Positions 19,664 to 30,216 of a stretch of 64,000 nt of DNA are shown in pieces. The DNA is from Nitrosopumilus sp. (GTDB taxonomy: Archaea; Thermoproteota; Nitrososphaeria; Nitrososphaerales; Nitrosopumilaceae): positions 1,696,001-1,760,000 of the forward strand of contig OZ242186.1 in NCBI GenBank assembly GCA_965205675.1. The letters are read 5' to 3'. A model generated the notes under the pieces. It was not told the origin of the DNA, did not search any database, and saw nothing but the letters and a program-made list of their open reading frames with translations. Position 1 is the first letter of the stretch, and each line of letters starts with the position of its first letter. Made by a program: the position numbers and the translations under genes.

Positions 19664-22600
19664 CTAGATTTTCTCCTTGATTAACAATCTTGGGGCAACG
19701 TTAAGACTTTGCATTTCTTGGAGCAATAGCTTGAATGCATATGCTACAGAGACAGAAGATACTTTAGCTTTGTCACCACAAACTCTACAAACATATTTTC
19801 TTTGTTTAACATCATGATATGCAACTAGACCACATCTTTCACATACAAAAATATCAGATTTGTCAGATTCATCTAACAATCTATCTTTGAGAATCATTGA
19901 AGCACCATAAGCAATTAAACAATCTCTTTCCATCTCACCAAATCTTAGTCCACCACCTCTTGCTCTTCCTTCAGTTGGTTGTTTAGTTAACATCTGAACT
20001 TGTCCACGAGCTCTTGCATGAATTTTATCTGCAACCATATGGTGTAATTTTTGATAGTACACAACTCCAATGAAAACATCTACTGGAAATGATTTTCCAG
20101 TTCTTCCATCATACATTGTTTCCTTACCAGAATATTCAAAACCATGTGCGTCCATTACTTCTTTAACTTCATCCATTTTTTCTCCAACAAATGCTGAACC
20201 ATCAAATCGTTTTCCACGTAATGCAGCTGCCTTACCACAGATAGATTCCATCATCATTCCAACAGTCATTCTTGAAGGAAATGCATGAGGATTAATCAAA
20301 ACGTCAGGAGACATACCGTTTGTAGTGTATGGTAAATCTTCTGCTTTAGCTAAAATTCCAAGCACTCCTTTTTGTCCATGTCTTGATGCAAATTTATCAC
20401 CAATTTCAGGAATTCTCATATCTCTTGCTCTAATTTTATACATTTTTCCTCCTTCATTGGATTGAGTCATAACTATAGTATCAATAACTCCGATTTCAGA
20501 TGGTCTTACCCCAATTGAAGTATCTCGTCTGTACGGACCAGAAGATTCGAATTCTCTATACTCTTCCATAAATCTTGGAGGACTAGTTTTTCCAATCAGA
20601 ATATCTCCACCTTTAACGGGAGCTTCAGATGCAACTACGCCATCATCTTCAAGTAATCTGTATGCACGTTCTCCTTTATAGCCTCTAATGTTAGCTTCAG
20701 CGTTAGGAATTTCAAAGTTATCACGCATTCCACCAGGATATTGCTTTGCTTCAGCATCATAAATTCTAAAGAAGAATGTTCTACCAAGACCCCTATCAAC
20801 AGATGCTTTACTTAACACAATAGCATCTTCAATATTGTAACCATCAAAAGGCAATACTGCAACAACACAGTTTTGTCCTGCAGGCCTATCTTCTAATCCT
20901 AAAAGCTTCATTGCTTTTGTATTAACAATTGGGACTTGGGGATATAGCATAAAGTGTTGTCTAACATAAGTACTGGTATTCATCATAGGTGTAGAAAATC
21001 CTAAACTTTGTTTTGCCATAGCAGATTCGTATGTGTTTCTTGGGGATTGATTATGTTCAGGATATGGAATGATGGAAGCTCCCGCACCTAAAATTGCCGG
21101 TGGGAAAACTTCCAAGTGAGTATGTTTTTTTGAGTCTTTTTCATCTAAAGTGACATAACAGTTTTCTTCTTCGTTTGCATCAATCATTTCTAATACACCC
21201 ATTCTCAAAAGATCAGTCCAAGAAAGTAATTTCTTTGAAATTTTATCCAATAATTCTGAAGTTAATAGTGGTTTGTTATCCTTGATAATAATTAATGGAC
21301 GTAATACTCTACCAGCATTACAATTTACATACAGTCTTCGTGTTGAACCCTCGATTTCAGATTTATGAAACGATACACCAACATGAGGGTGAATCTTTGA
21401 ATTTCTTCTTAATTCTCGAAGAGATTGCGCCAACTCCCCACCATCTTTGTAATATCCAATTAGTCTACCATCTACAAATATTCTAGCCCCATCTTTTTTC
21501 AAGTCTTCTTTTGCGTCAAAGAAATGAACAGTTCCAAGATCATATAGTTTTTCTACAATTTCTTCAGATGTAACATTTACTGAAATGATTCCAGACAGTG
21601 CCAAGTTTTTAACCAAACCACAGTTTGAACCTTCAGGAGTTTCACTTGGACAAATTCTTCCGAAATGAGTTGCATGCAAGTCTCTTGCTTCAAAGTTTGG
21701 TTGAGTCCTACTAAGTGGAGATTGAATTCTTCTAAGGTGACTTATAGTTGAAAGATAGTTAGTTCTATCAAGTAATTGAGTAACACCTACACGTCCTCGT
21801 CCCCAGTTACCAGTTGCAATAGCATTGTTTAATTTGTCAGTGATAATTCCTGGACGAATTGCTGCAGCAACTGCATTAATTCCACGTTTTTGGCCAGAAC
21901 GTTCTAATTGATATTTCATATCTCTAACCAAATTTCTAAATGCAGTTCTGAAAAGATCTGCCAACATTTGTCCTGCAAATTTGATTACTTTATTTCCATA
22001 ATGATCTTTATCGTCAGGAGCAATCCAATTGAGTTTTAATTCTAATAATTTACAAGCTGCTTCACCCAAGAATTGTGCTTTTTCTTTTCGGTTTTCAGGA
22101 TGTTTACCTAAATGAGGTAAAAGTCCCCAATCAAGTAGTGTTTCAGCACGTTTAATCTGGAATTCTTCTAGCATTCCAGGTGCGATTCTTTTACTGATGT
22201 AGACAATTGCATCTTTTGACGTTGGTACATCACCTGCTTTTTCAAAAGAACCTTCCAATTCATCTTGTATTTCATCAACTAATGAAACTACAGATGCAAT
22301 TTCTCTATCAGATTCTAATCCAAGAGCTCGCATTAAAGTTACAACAGGAATATCAACAGGAGAGCCAGGAATTCTAGCAACAATTAATCCATCATTTTTC
22401 ATGACAAGTTCAAGTTTTGCACGATATCCTACAATTGAAGAATATACTTTGGCTTTGAAAACAATATTTCCACCAACAGTTTCTCTATCAACAATAATCT
22501 TGTTGTAAGAAAGATCTTCCAATCCAACGATAACTCGTTCTGAACCGTTGATGATAAAGTAGCCACCAGGATCATTTGGATCTTCTCCATGTTCAATTAA

Positions 22601-23011
22601 TTTTTGAGAAGAGAAGTTATGTAAAATACACGCATTGGATTTTGCCATTACAGGTACATCTCCAATATGAACAAATCTAGATTCTAAAATTTTTCCATCC
22701 TCTACAACACTAGCTTCCATCATAACAGGTGCAGAGTAAGAAACATTTCTTAATCTTGCTTCAGCGGGAGTAATATGTGTGATTGAACCATCAAGTTCCA
22801 TCATTCTTGGTTGTTGGAGTTTTACTTTGCTTAATTGAATTTTATAAGGATATTCAGCGTTTTCAATATCAATTTGTCCAACTTCATTAATGATACTTTG
22901 TAATCCTCTTTCTAGAAATTCATCAAAAGAGTTAAGATGTTGACGTGCAATACCCTCACGTTTCAAAATATCTTGGATGACAGGCCATCTTTTAGTTGAA
23001 GGATCCACCAT
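19664..23011 (-). CDS. rpoB: RNA polymerase subunit Rpo2 (B)
   Basis: GDKFASRHGQKG, GGLRFGEMERD, C-terminal Zn ribbon. Confidence 0.98.
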   Translation of the reverse strand: MVDPSTKRWPVIQDILKREGIARQHLNSFDEFLERGLQSIINEVGQIDIENAEYPYKIQLSKVKLQQPRMMELDGSITHITPAEARLRNVSYSAPVMMEASVVEDGKILESRFVHIGDVPVMAKSNACILHNFSSQKLIEHGEDPNDPGGYFIINGSERVIVGLEDLSYNKIIVDRETVGGNIVFKAKVYSSIVGYRAKLELVMKNDGLIVARIPGSPVDIPVVTLMRALGLESDREIASVVSLVDEIQDELEGSFEKAGDVPTSKDAIVYISKRIAPGMLEEFQIKRAETLLDWGLLPHLGKHPENRKEKAQFLGEAACKLLELKLNWIAPDDKDHYGNKVIKFAGQMLADLFRTAFRNLVRDMKYQLERSGQKRGINAVAAAIRPGIITDKLNNAIATGNWGRGRVGVTQLLDRTNYLSTISHLRRIQSPLSRTQPNFEARDLHATHFGRICPSETPEGSNCGLVKNLALSGIISVNVTSEEIVEKLYDLGTVHFFDAKEDLKKDGARIFVDGRLIGYYKDGGELAQSLRELRRNSKIHPHVGVSFHKSEIEGSTRRLYVNCNAGRVLRPLIIIKDNKPLLTSELLDKISKKLLSWTDLLRMGVLEMIDANEEENCYVTLDEKDSKKHTHLEVFPPAILGAGASIIPYPEHNQSPRNTYESAMAKQSLGFSTPMMNTSTYVRQHFMLYPQVPIVNTKAMKLLGLEDRPAGQNCVVAVLPFDGYNIEDAIVLSKASVDRGLGRTFFFRIYDAEAKQYPGGMRDNFEIPNAEANIRGYKGERAYRLLEDDGVVASEAPVKGGDILIGKTSPPRFMEEYREFESSGPYRRDTSIGVRPSEIGVIDTIVMTQSNEGGKMYKIRARDMRIPEIGDKFASRHGQKGVLGILAKAEDLPYTTNGMSPDVLINPHAFPSRMTVGMMMESICGKAAALRGKRFDGSAFVGEKMDEVKEVMDAHGFEYSGKETMYDGRTGKSFPVDVFIGVVYYQKLHHMVADKIHARARGQVQMLTKQPTEGRARGGGLRFGEMERDCLIAYGASMILKDRLLDESDKSDIFVCERCGLVAYHDVKQRKYVCRVCGDKAKVSSVSVAYAFKLLLQEMQSLNVAPRLLIKEKI

Positions 23012-23263
23012 TTAGATTTCCACCACATATCGGTAATAGAGACTTTCACCAGCAGTTGGACTTTTTCGGGTTATCTTGATCATGTCACCAGGTTTTACAC
23101 CAAGTCCCAAAATTGCAGGATCGTTTACAAAGATTAATGGTAATTCAGTAGGTTTACAATTGTATTTTTTTAGAACTCCTTCAGCTTCTTGTTTTGTGAT
23201 GATTTCATGTTTTGGAACATAAACATGATCAGGTACTAAAACTTGGTTTTTCTTAGTTGCCAT
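23012..23263 (-). CDS. rpoH: RNA polymerase subunit Rpo5 (H)
   Basis: HVYVPKHEI, DPAI, RKSPTAG..YYRYV. Confidence 0.96.
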   Translation of the reverse strand: MATKKNQVLVPDHVYVPKHEIITKQEAEGVLKKYNCKPTELPLIFVNDPAILGLGVKPGDMIKITRKSPTAGESLYYRYVVEI

Positions 23264-23442
23264 TTAGAATACCCCCACATCGAACATTAAATGTAGCACT
23301 AATGAAAATAAACAAACTGTCAAAAATTCACACTCGGGTTAATATATATGTAATTTGAAGTTTGATGAGAGCCTGTCTTTTTTCTATTTTGTCAACAAAT
23401 TTTTTCACAACCTTAAATAGTATAAATTTAGGCGTAAAAATA

Positions 23443-24294
23443 ATGAAAGCTCATCTAACGGTGTTTGCCTTATCTGCAATTATGATTGCAAGTATTGGTA
23501 TGGCACCAGTGTTTGGACAAGCAATACAAAGCTCGATTACTGTTGCTACAGACAAATCTTCGTATTCAGAAGGTGAAACAATTCTAGTAACAGGTGAAGT
23601 GAAAGATCTGTATTCTGGAACCCCAGTAAGTGTAATTGTCAAAGCTCCTAATGGAAACTTGGTATCAATTGCACAAATTACAATAGGTGCCGATAAAAAA
23701 TTCAGTACCGAGGTAGTAGCTGGAGGATCATTAATGAGAACAGAAGGATCATACATAGTTACCGTTCAATATGGTACAGAAAATCGTTCAGCAACTACAA
23801 CATTTGACTTTGGAGGATCTACAATGATAGATAAACCAATAGATGTAGATGGTTCAACGATAACTGACAAAACAGTTCTGATTACAGGTGCTGATGATGT
23901 GATAGGATATGAAATTACAGGAGGGAAACTACTCAGCATTACACCTGATGTGGATGAAAAATCACTTGTAATCAGCATTGATGCCATAGAAGACGGAACA
24001 TTGACACTCACAATACCAAGAACAGTATTTGATTCAGTAGATGAAAATGGGGATGATGTTGAAGCGTTCGTCTTAATTGATGCAGAAGAAGCATACGATT
24101 ATGATGAAGTAACAACATCAGAGGATAGAACACTCACCATAGAATTCCCAGCAGGTGCTGAAGAGATTGAAGTGATTGGTACATTTGTGATTCCAGAATT
24201 TGGTACAATCGCAGCTATGATTTTAGCAGTAGCAATTATCTCAATAATTGCAATTTCTGCAAAGTCAAGACTTAGTATTATACCAAGATACTAA
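23443..24294 (+). CDS. PEFG-CTERM sorting-domain surface protein 1
   Basis: Signal peptide; C-terminal IPEFG + transmembrane helix + basic tail; TATA-like TTAAATA about 25-30 bp before ATG 23443. Confidence 0.9.
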   Translation: MKAHLTVFALSAIMIASIGMAPVFGQAIQSSITVATDKSSYSEGETILVTGEVKDLYSGTPVSVIVKAPNGNLVSIAQITIGADKKFSTEVVAGGSLMRTEGSYIVTVQYGTENRSATTTFDFGGSTMIDKPIDVDGSTITDKTVLITGADDVIGYEITGGKLLSITPDVDEKSLVISIDAIEDGTLTLTIPRTVFDSVDENGDDVEAFVLIDAEEAYDYDEVTTSEDRTLTIEFPAGAEEIEVIGTFVIPEFGTIAAMILAVAIISIIAISAKSRLSIIPRY

Positions 24295-24358
24295 ATTTCA
24301 TCTTTTTTCTATTTTTTGTTCTTTCCAAAAAATACTTTAGAGTATCTTCAACCATACA

Positions 24359-24430
24359 CTCAAATATATTCCAGAATTTTTCTAGCTTGCCATTTGTTTG
24401 AAAGTGTCGTATTCTGATCTAGGAATGCTT
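24359..24430 (-). pseudogene. IS481-family integrase-core sliver
   Basis: Translation KHS*IRIRHFQTNGKLEKFW resembles the HPQTNGKxERF motif. Confidence 0.6.
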
Positions 24431-24641
24431 TACATGATTTATCCATGTGAATTGTTTTTATACATTTTCTCTATTTCTAAACATTAGGGCATAGCTTTCG
24501 CTAAAGAAGAATTACAATCAAAAGATGCGGACATGTATCCATACGAGACTATTCTCTCAATGCTATCTTCATCCTAGTTAGGATTATTCGCAGTTATCAG
24601 ACGAGGCTTGTCCCTCATAAATTCTAACGCGACTTGCAGTC

Positions 24642-25132
24642 CTAACTATAATGTTCCACAAATTCTCCCCTCTCCTTTAACATCCAATAAATCCCCCTCA
24701 GAATTTTTGATGCGCCAGCTACTGCAGCTTTGGATGAACCTCTTTTCTTTTTAATGCTATTGTAAAATTTTGTAATGCCGCTATGGCAGTATAACAAAAC
24801 GAGGAAGCATGACACTGCGATGGGTTCTAACAGAATGTGTTCACACCCATGCAATACATGCCAAGAATGGTGTATTATATCTGCAGAATTTCTAACGGAT
24901 GGAACAACACCTGCATATGCACATAATTTGTGGGAATCGTTGAATCTTTCAATATCTGCAATTTCTGATGCAATAACAAGCGAAGAATAATGCCCAATTC
25001 CTAGAATCGAGTTTATTAAAATTGCATCTGGGTTGCACTTTACAGTAGCATACACTTTGGAATTAATCTCTGCAATTTGCAGATTAAGATGGTTAATCTG
25101 TTGTAGAAATCCGTCTATTCTGTAATCTCCTA
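24642..25132 (-). mobile_element. IS110-family recombinase remnant (C-terminal half)
   Basis: SILGIG...EIADIERF...AYAGVVPSVRNSA, AAVAGASKIL..IYWMLK; RuvC-like N-terminus absent. Confidence 0.85.
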
Positions 25133-25221
25133 ATTACAATAGATATCGGTAAATCGTTTTGTTCTACTGCAACATGAATTTTTGTGCCTGTAATCTTTTT
25201 GAAACCATCTCTTCTTATATC
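25133..25221 (-). pseudogene. IS5-family transposase sliver
   Basis: DGFKKITGTKIHVAVEQNDLPISIVI resembles the GTKIHxxVDxxGLP motif. Confidence 0.65.
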
Positions 25222-25238
25222 GTTATTGTGATTTTTCT

Positions 25239-25377
25239 AGGTGTTTTGTATTGCAAGTAGATTTGCTGTACTCTTCTAGGCGTTATCTTAAGAATATCCG
25301 AAATGCCTGAATTCTTGATTTTCTCATTCTTTTAATTTTATAATCGCGCTGATCCTATCTTTATCTAACTTTGCCAT
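25239..25377 (-). pseudogene. IS481-like transposase N-terminal HTH fragment
   Basis: MAKLDKDRISAIIKLKE*..ISDILKITPRRVQQIY; resembles the N-terminus at 39740. Confidence 0.5.
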
Positions 25378-25517
25378 CGACATTCCATGATATACCTACA
25401 CAGACGATAATATGGCCATAATGCTCTCCTAGTTAAGGGAGGAAATAATTTCTGGGAAAGATACTTTTTTCTATTTTTAAATATACATAAATAGCGATAC
25501 AACTGGGTGAAATTAGG

Positions 25518-26381
25518 ATGAATTTTAAACGTTCTACAACATCAATAACAATAGCCCTCATGGCACTGTCATTAATTTCAATGACTTCAATTCAACAAGA
25601 CGCTTTTGCTCAAACTCTTGGAATGTCCATTACTGCAACAGCTGATAAAGGATCAGATACAATTACTATCATAGGTAAAACAATTTCTGACATTACAGAT
25701 GTTACATTTACCGTAACATCCCCAAGCGGAAATAATGTAGTAGATCTTGGTCAAATATCACCAGACGAAAATGGAGATTTTGTAAAAGAATTCAAAGTAG
25801 GACCAACATGGAATGAAAATGGATTTTATGAGATTAAAGCAATGCAAGGTACGGGTGCAAATTCACTATATACACTAGAAGTTCTTGTTGAAGTAGCAAA
25901 CGGTATGACTGAAAGAACTTCTGCAACTGAATCTAATTTAGATACAGGAATTTTCACACCAAATGAAAACAATGTTGCAACAGATGCAGGACTTATGCTT
26001 GACGCAATAAGTTTCGAGAAAGGTTCCTCAATGTTTGAAATAACTGGAATGACAGACAGAGTAAGTCAAGATATCACATTAACTTTAACTGCACCAAATG
26101 GAAATGTAGTAAACGTTGATCAAATATCACCAATGCTTGATGGGGAATTTGCTGCCGAGATTATAGTCGGAGGACCATTGTGTAAACAAGATGGTTTTTA
26201 CACTGTAACTGTACAACAATTTAACGATCCAAAATATACTGCTACAGATAAAGTAGATATTTTAGATTGTAAAGTAGTACCAGAATTTGGTACAATCGCA
26301 GCTATGATTTTAGCAGTAGCAATTATCTCAATAATTGCAATTTCTGCAAAGTCAAGACTAAGTATTATACCAAGATACTAA
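25518..26381 (+). CDS. PEFG-CTERM surface protein 2
   Basis: Signal peptide, two similar beta-rich repeats, VPEFG + TM tail. Confidence 0.9.
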   Translation: MNFKRSTTSITIALMALSLISMTSIQQDAFAQTLGMSITATADKGSDTITIIGKTISDITDVTFTVTSPSGNNVVDLGQISPDENGDFVKEFKVGPTWNENGFYEIKAMQGTGANSLYTLEVLVEVANGMTERTSATESNLDTGIFTPNENNVATDAGLMLDAISFEKGSSMFEITGMTDRVSQDITLTLTAPNGNVVNVDQISPMLDGEFAAEIIVGGPLCKQDGFYTVTVQQFNDPKYTATDKVDILDCKVVPEFGTIAAMILAVAIISIIAISAKSRLSIIPRY

Positions 26382-26443
26382 GTTCACAATTTTTTTCTCT
26401 TTTTAAGTATACATAAATAGAGACAGGTACAAATCGCAACAAG

Positions 26444-27373
26444 ATGAACAACCATACGACGTTCGCGTTACTAGCCTTATTGACTGCAGTCGGCACTTTA
26501 ACCATATCATCAGCATATGCTGAACACCACGAAGGTGGTGAACATATGGAAGATCATTCAGATATTCCACAAGCATGTGTAGGATGTTCCGTGGAGGATG
26601 CAAGGACAACAGCAAATCAAATGTTGCTTGATGATACTCCAATATCTGTTTGGACAGAAAAAACAGATTATGGTCATAATGACAGGATTATGGTAGAGGG
26701 ACAAGTAGCAAATATGGCTTCCGGATTTCCAGTTACAGTAACTGTTGTTAGTCCACTAAACTCCATTATTGCAGTTGATCAAATCAACGTAGCAGAAGAT
26801 GGTAGTTTTAAGACGACAATAAACACAGCAGGTGCAATGTGGAAATACGACGGTACCTACACCATTAAAGTAAACTATGGCAGTGTTGAGAAAAGCAACT
26901 CTATACAAGTTGAACTAACAGGTGGAGTTGAACCAAGTCCAATATACTCAACACCAGAAAACAACAAACAATGTGGTGCTGGAGAACTATCTACAAGTGA
27001 TCAATGTATACCATTTAGCATTACTGGTGGAATGGTAACAGGTACAACTCTCAATCCAGGCGATAACGGTTCAATTATCATCAGTATTTATGCTGAAGAT
27101 GATGGGACATTAACAGTAACTCCATCAGAAACGACTATGGAAAAACCTTTCATGGTATTGATTGACAGAGAAGAATGTAATGAACCAGAATGTGAATTTG
27201 CTGGAAACAAAGTAACAGTAATGTTCCAAGCAGGCACTGAACAGATTGAAATAATTGGTGTCCATGTGATTCCAGAATTTGGTACAATCGCAGCTATGAT
27301 TTTAGCAGTAGCAATTATCTCAATAATTGCAATTTCTGCAAAGTCAAGACTTAGTATTATACCAAGATACTAA
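26444..27373 (+). CDS. PEFG-CTERM surface protein 3 (His-rich/CxxC N-terminus)
   Basis: Signal peptide, EHHEGGEHMEDH, CVGC, IPEFG + TM tail. Confidence 0.9.
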   Translation: MNNHTTFALLALLTAVGTLTISSAYAEHHEGGEHMEDHSDIPQACVGCSVEDARTTANQMLLDDTPISVWTEKTDYGHNDRIMVEGQVANMASGFPVTVTVVSPLNSIIAVDQINVAEDGSFKTTINTAGAMWKYDGTYTIKVNYGSVEKSNSIQVELTGGVEPSPIYSTPENNKQCGAGELSTSDQCIPFSITGGMVTGTTLNPGDNGSIIISIYAEDDGTLTVTPSETTMEKPFMVLIDREECNEPECEFAGNKVTVMFQAGTEQIEIIGVHVIPEFGTIAAMILAVAIISIIAISAKSRLSIIPRY

Positions 27374-27445
27374 AATCACACAACTTTTTTCATTTTTTCA
27401 CTTTTTGATAGTAAAGGAGATATACAAACGCGTGTTTAAGATGAT

Positions 27446-28255
27446 GTGAATTCAGGAATATTTTTTGGTTTGATGATATTATTTGTGATTTTTACAGGAT
27501 CAGCTTTTGCGCAACAATCACTAATTAAAGTTCAAACAGATGATGATCATTATGACGAAGGAGATACTATAGTAATTTCAGGCACAGTAGACACCATAAT
27601 AGGTGAAACACCTGCAACATTACAATTACTGTTTAAAGAAGAATACCTAGTAGATATTGCCCAAATTGTAATAGCACAAGATGGGAGTTATTCTCACACA
27701 ATAATTGCAGAAGGTCCACTGTGGCAAAAATATGGGAAATATTTAGTTCGAGCATCATACGGGGAAGGAAACATTGCAGAAGCCACATTCAATTATACAC
27801 CTAAATCAGAAATAGCCATAACTACGAAAAATTTTGAAGTGGATGCAGAAAATCAGGGAACATTTGATGTAGAATACACAATTCAAGGAGGAATAGTCAA
27901 AGATATGGCAGTGGATTCAGAAATCTTTGCGTTAGTAATTCAAATCGAATCAACAGATAAAGAAGGGGAAATAACAGTTGATCTTCCAAGAGAGTTCATA
28001 GGAGCAGAAAAACAAGACGGTAAAGATGAGATATTTATCGTTTTAGTAGACGGAATAGGAAGAGATTATGAAGAAGCAGTAGTGTTGGCAGATAGTAGAG
28101 TTATAACAATTAACTTTGAACAAGGAGATTCAAATATTAAAATTATCGGAACTTATATCATTCCAGAATTTGGGACTATTGTTATGATGATTTTAATTAT
28201 AGGAATAATGACAATGATTGTGATTACAAGAAATAAATTTCAAATAACAATTTAG
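27446..28255 (+). CDS. PEFG-CTERM surface protein 4
   Basis: GTG start, signal peptide, IPEFG with a divergent TM tail. Confidence 0.88.
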   Translation: MNSGIFFGLMILFVIFTGSAFAQQSLIKVQTDDDHYDEGDTIVISGTVDTIIGETPATLQLLFKEEYLVDIAQIVIAQDGSYSHTIIAEGPLWQKYGKYLVRASYGEGNIAEATFNYTPKSEIAITTKNFEVDAENQGTFDVEYTIQGGIVKDMAVDSEIFALVIQIESTDKEGEITVDLPREFIGAEKQDGKDEIFIVLVDGIGRDYEEAVVLADSRVITINFEQGDSNIKIIGTYIIPEFGTIVMMILIIGIMTMIVITRNKFQITI

Positions 28256-28264
28256 ATACAAAAT

Positions 28265-29422
28265 TTAAAAAGAGTATTTTTCTTTAAACGGTGAAAACGA
28301 TCTTAATTCAGCAACAATCTTTTTTAATGAATCAACAGTTCGTTTAATTTCTTTTTCATCATTAAAGACTCCCAAAGTTAATCTCAAAGAACCTGTGATT
28401 TGTTCATGTGAGAATCCCATAGCCTGTAATACATGAGATGCTCTTTGAGTATTAACAGAGCATGCAGAGCCTGTGGAAGCAGCAATTCCATATTCATCAA
28501 GTTTAATGATAAGATCTTCTCCATTAACACCTAAAAATGTGAAATGTGCATTATTTGGCAATCTAGATGTAGGATCTCCATTTAATGTAACTTTAGGAAT
28601 TTCGTTTAATACTTGTTCAATTAGAATGTCTCGTAATTTTTTTACATATGTCATATTTTCAATAAGATTGTTTTTTGCCATTTCACATGCCTTTCCAAAT
28701 CCAACAATATTTGCAACATTTTCAGTTCCAGAACGTAATCCTTGTTCTTGACCACCACCCAAAATTACAGGATCAATTTTGATACCATTTTTGATGTATA
28801 ATGCACCAATCCCCTTAGGACCATGAAGTTTATGAGATGAAATAGACAATAGATCTATGCCTAATTCTTTGACATCTATAGGAATTTTACCAACAGCCTG
28901 GACAGCATCAGTGTGAAATGGAATACAACATTCATGGCAAATCTTGCTTATTTCTGAAATCTGCTGAATAGTACCTACTTCATTATTTCCAAACATAATA
29001 GATACAAGACAAGTATTATCAGAGATATGATTTTTTAGTTGAGTTGAATCAATCATGCCAACAGAATTAACAGGTAAATAATCAACAGATGAACCATTCC
29101 GACTTAATTTTTTACATGGTTCTAGAATTGCATCATGTTCAATTGAAGAAGTGACAATATGATTACAAGAATTTTTCATAACAATGCCTTTGAGAGCAGT
29201 ATTGTTTGATTCAGTTCCTCCAGAAGTAATCAAAATTTCAGAAGGATCAGCATTGATTAGAGAAGCAATTTGTTTTCTTGATTTTTCAATTGCTTTACGT
29301 GCCAATCTACCATATCTATGAATTGATGATGCATTGCCATATTGCTCTTTTAGATAAGGCAACATTGAATCTAAAACATCATTATGGATTTGGGTAGATG
29401 CAGCATTGTCCAGATAAATCAA
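28265..29422 (-). CDS. iscS: Cysteine desulfurase
   Basis: IYLDNAAST, TSGGTESNN, HTDAVQ, SHKLHGPKG, STGSAC. Confidence 0.95.
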   Translation of the reverse strand: MIYLDNAASTQIHNDVLDSMLPYLKEQYGNASSIHRYGRLARKAIEKSRKQIASLINADPSEILITSGGTESNNTALKGIVMKNSCNHIVTSSIEHDAILEPCKKLSRNGSSVDYLPVNSVGMIDSTQLKNHISDNTCLVSIMFGNNEVGTIQQISEISKICHECCIPFHTDAVQAVGKIPIDVKELGIDLLSISSHKLHGPKGIGALYIKNGIKIDPVILGGGQEQGLRSGTENVANIVGFGKACEMAKNNLIENMTYVKKLRDILIEQVLNEIPKVTLNGDPTSRLPNNAHFTFLGVNGEDLIIKLDEYGIAASTGSACSVNTQRASHVLQAMGFSHEQITGSLRLTLGVFNDEKEIKRTVDSLKKIVAELRSFSPFKEKYSF

Positions 29423-30216
29423 TCTGCAATCACGTTAATTTTTCCTGGCCTATAACCTTCCTGATCAAGTTCTACAGTAATAAAACCAATCATTTTGAAT
29501 TTTTCTAGAAGTTGATTCAGAATAGTATCATCAAATCTAGAAATCATTTGTTTATCAACTTCAATTTTTGCAGAACCATCAATATCACGAACACGTACTT
29601 GTTTTACATTTGTAAGTTGTTTAACTAATGTTTCACCAAGTTCAATTCGAGTTAATTTTTCAGCAGTGACTTGTTGCCCCCAAGGAATTCTAGATGCTAA
29701 ACAAGAATTGGAAGGTTTGTCAAATACAGACAATCCAATAAATTTGACAATTTTACGAATATCAGATTTTAAGAAATTAGTTTCAACCAGAGGGCTACGT
29801 ATATCATGCTGTTTTAGAGCCTCAATACCAGGCCTATAGTCATCCAAATCATCTAGATTAGTCCCATCAACTATCATGTCTACATTATGTTCTTTTGCCA
29901 ATTTGACTAGATGTTCTCCAAGTTCCATTCTACAATGAAAACATCGATTAGAATCATTTTTTATGAAATCCTCATTTTCAAGCTCATTATAGTCTAAAAA
30001 TAATTGTTTAATTCCAATCTCAGAACAAATCTGTTTAGCAGTAGACAATTCTTCTTCTGAAAGAGTTTTGTAATCAGCAGTTACCGCAATAGCAGAATCA
30101 CCAAGATTCTGAAATGCAGCATAAGCAACAAGTGCACTATCAACACCGCCAGAAAGAGCAATCATCACTTTACGCTTATCATCAAACCAATTTACAAGAC
30201 TATCAAGAGTTGGCAT
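29419..30216 (-). CDS. larE: ATP-dependent sulfur transferase LarE
   Basis: PP-loop SGGVDS, RCFHC, DGTN.DD..DYRPG, CLASRIP. Confidence 0.93.
   Translation of the reverse strand: MPTLDSLVNWFDDKRKVMIALSGGVDSALVAYAAFQNLGDSAIAVTADYKTLSEEELSTAKQICSEIGIKQLFLDYNELENEDFIKNDSNRCFHCRMELGEHLVKLAKEHNVDMIVDGTNLDDLDDYRPGIEALKQHDIRSPLVETNFLKSDIRKIVKFIGLSVFDKPSNSCLASRIPWGQQVTAEKLTRIELGETLVKQLTNVKQVRVRDIDGSAKIEVDKQMISRFDDTILNQLLEKFKMIGFITVELDQEGYRPGKINVIAD

Larger units (their letters stand above)
24186..27374 (+). repeat. Near-identical PEFG-CTERM 3' repeats: 24186-24295 = 27265-27374 (110 bp); 26280-26381 (102 bp, 1 mismatch)
   Basis: Direct nucleotide comparison by eye. Confidence 0.9.

Noticed and set aside
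23443-28255. Diversity-generating retroelement or shufflon at the PEFG repeats
   Set aside because: No reverse transcriptase or intact recombinase is present, the repeats are direct, and there is no adenine-specific variation.
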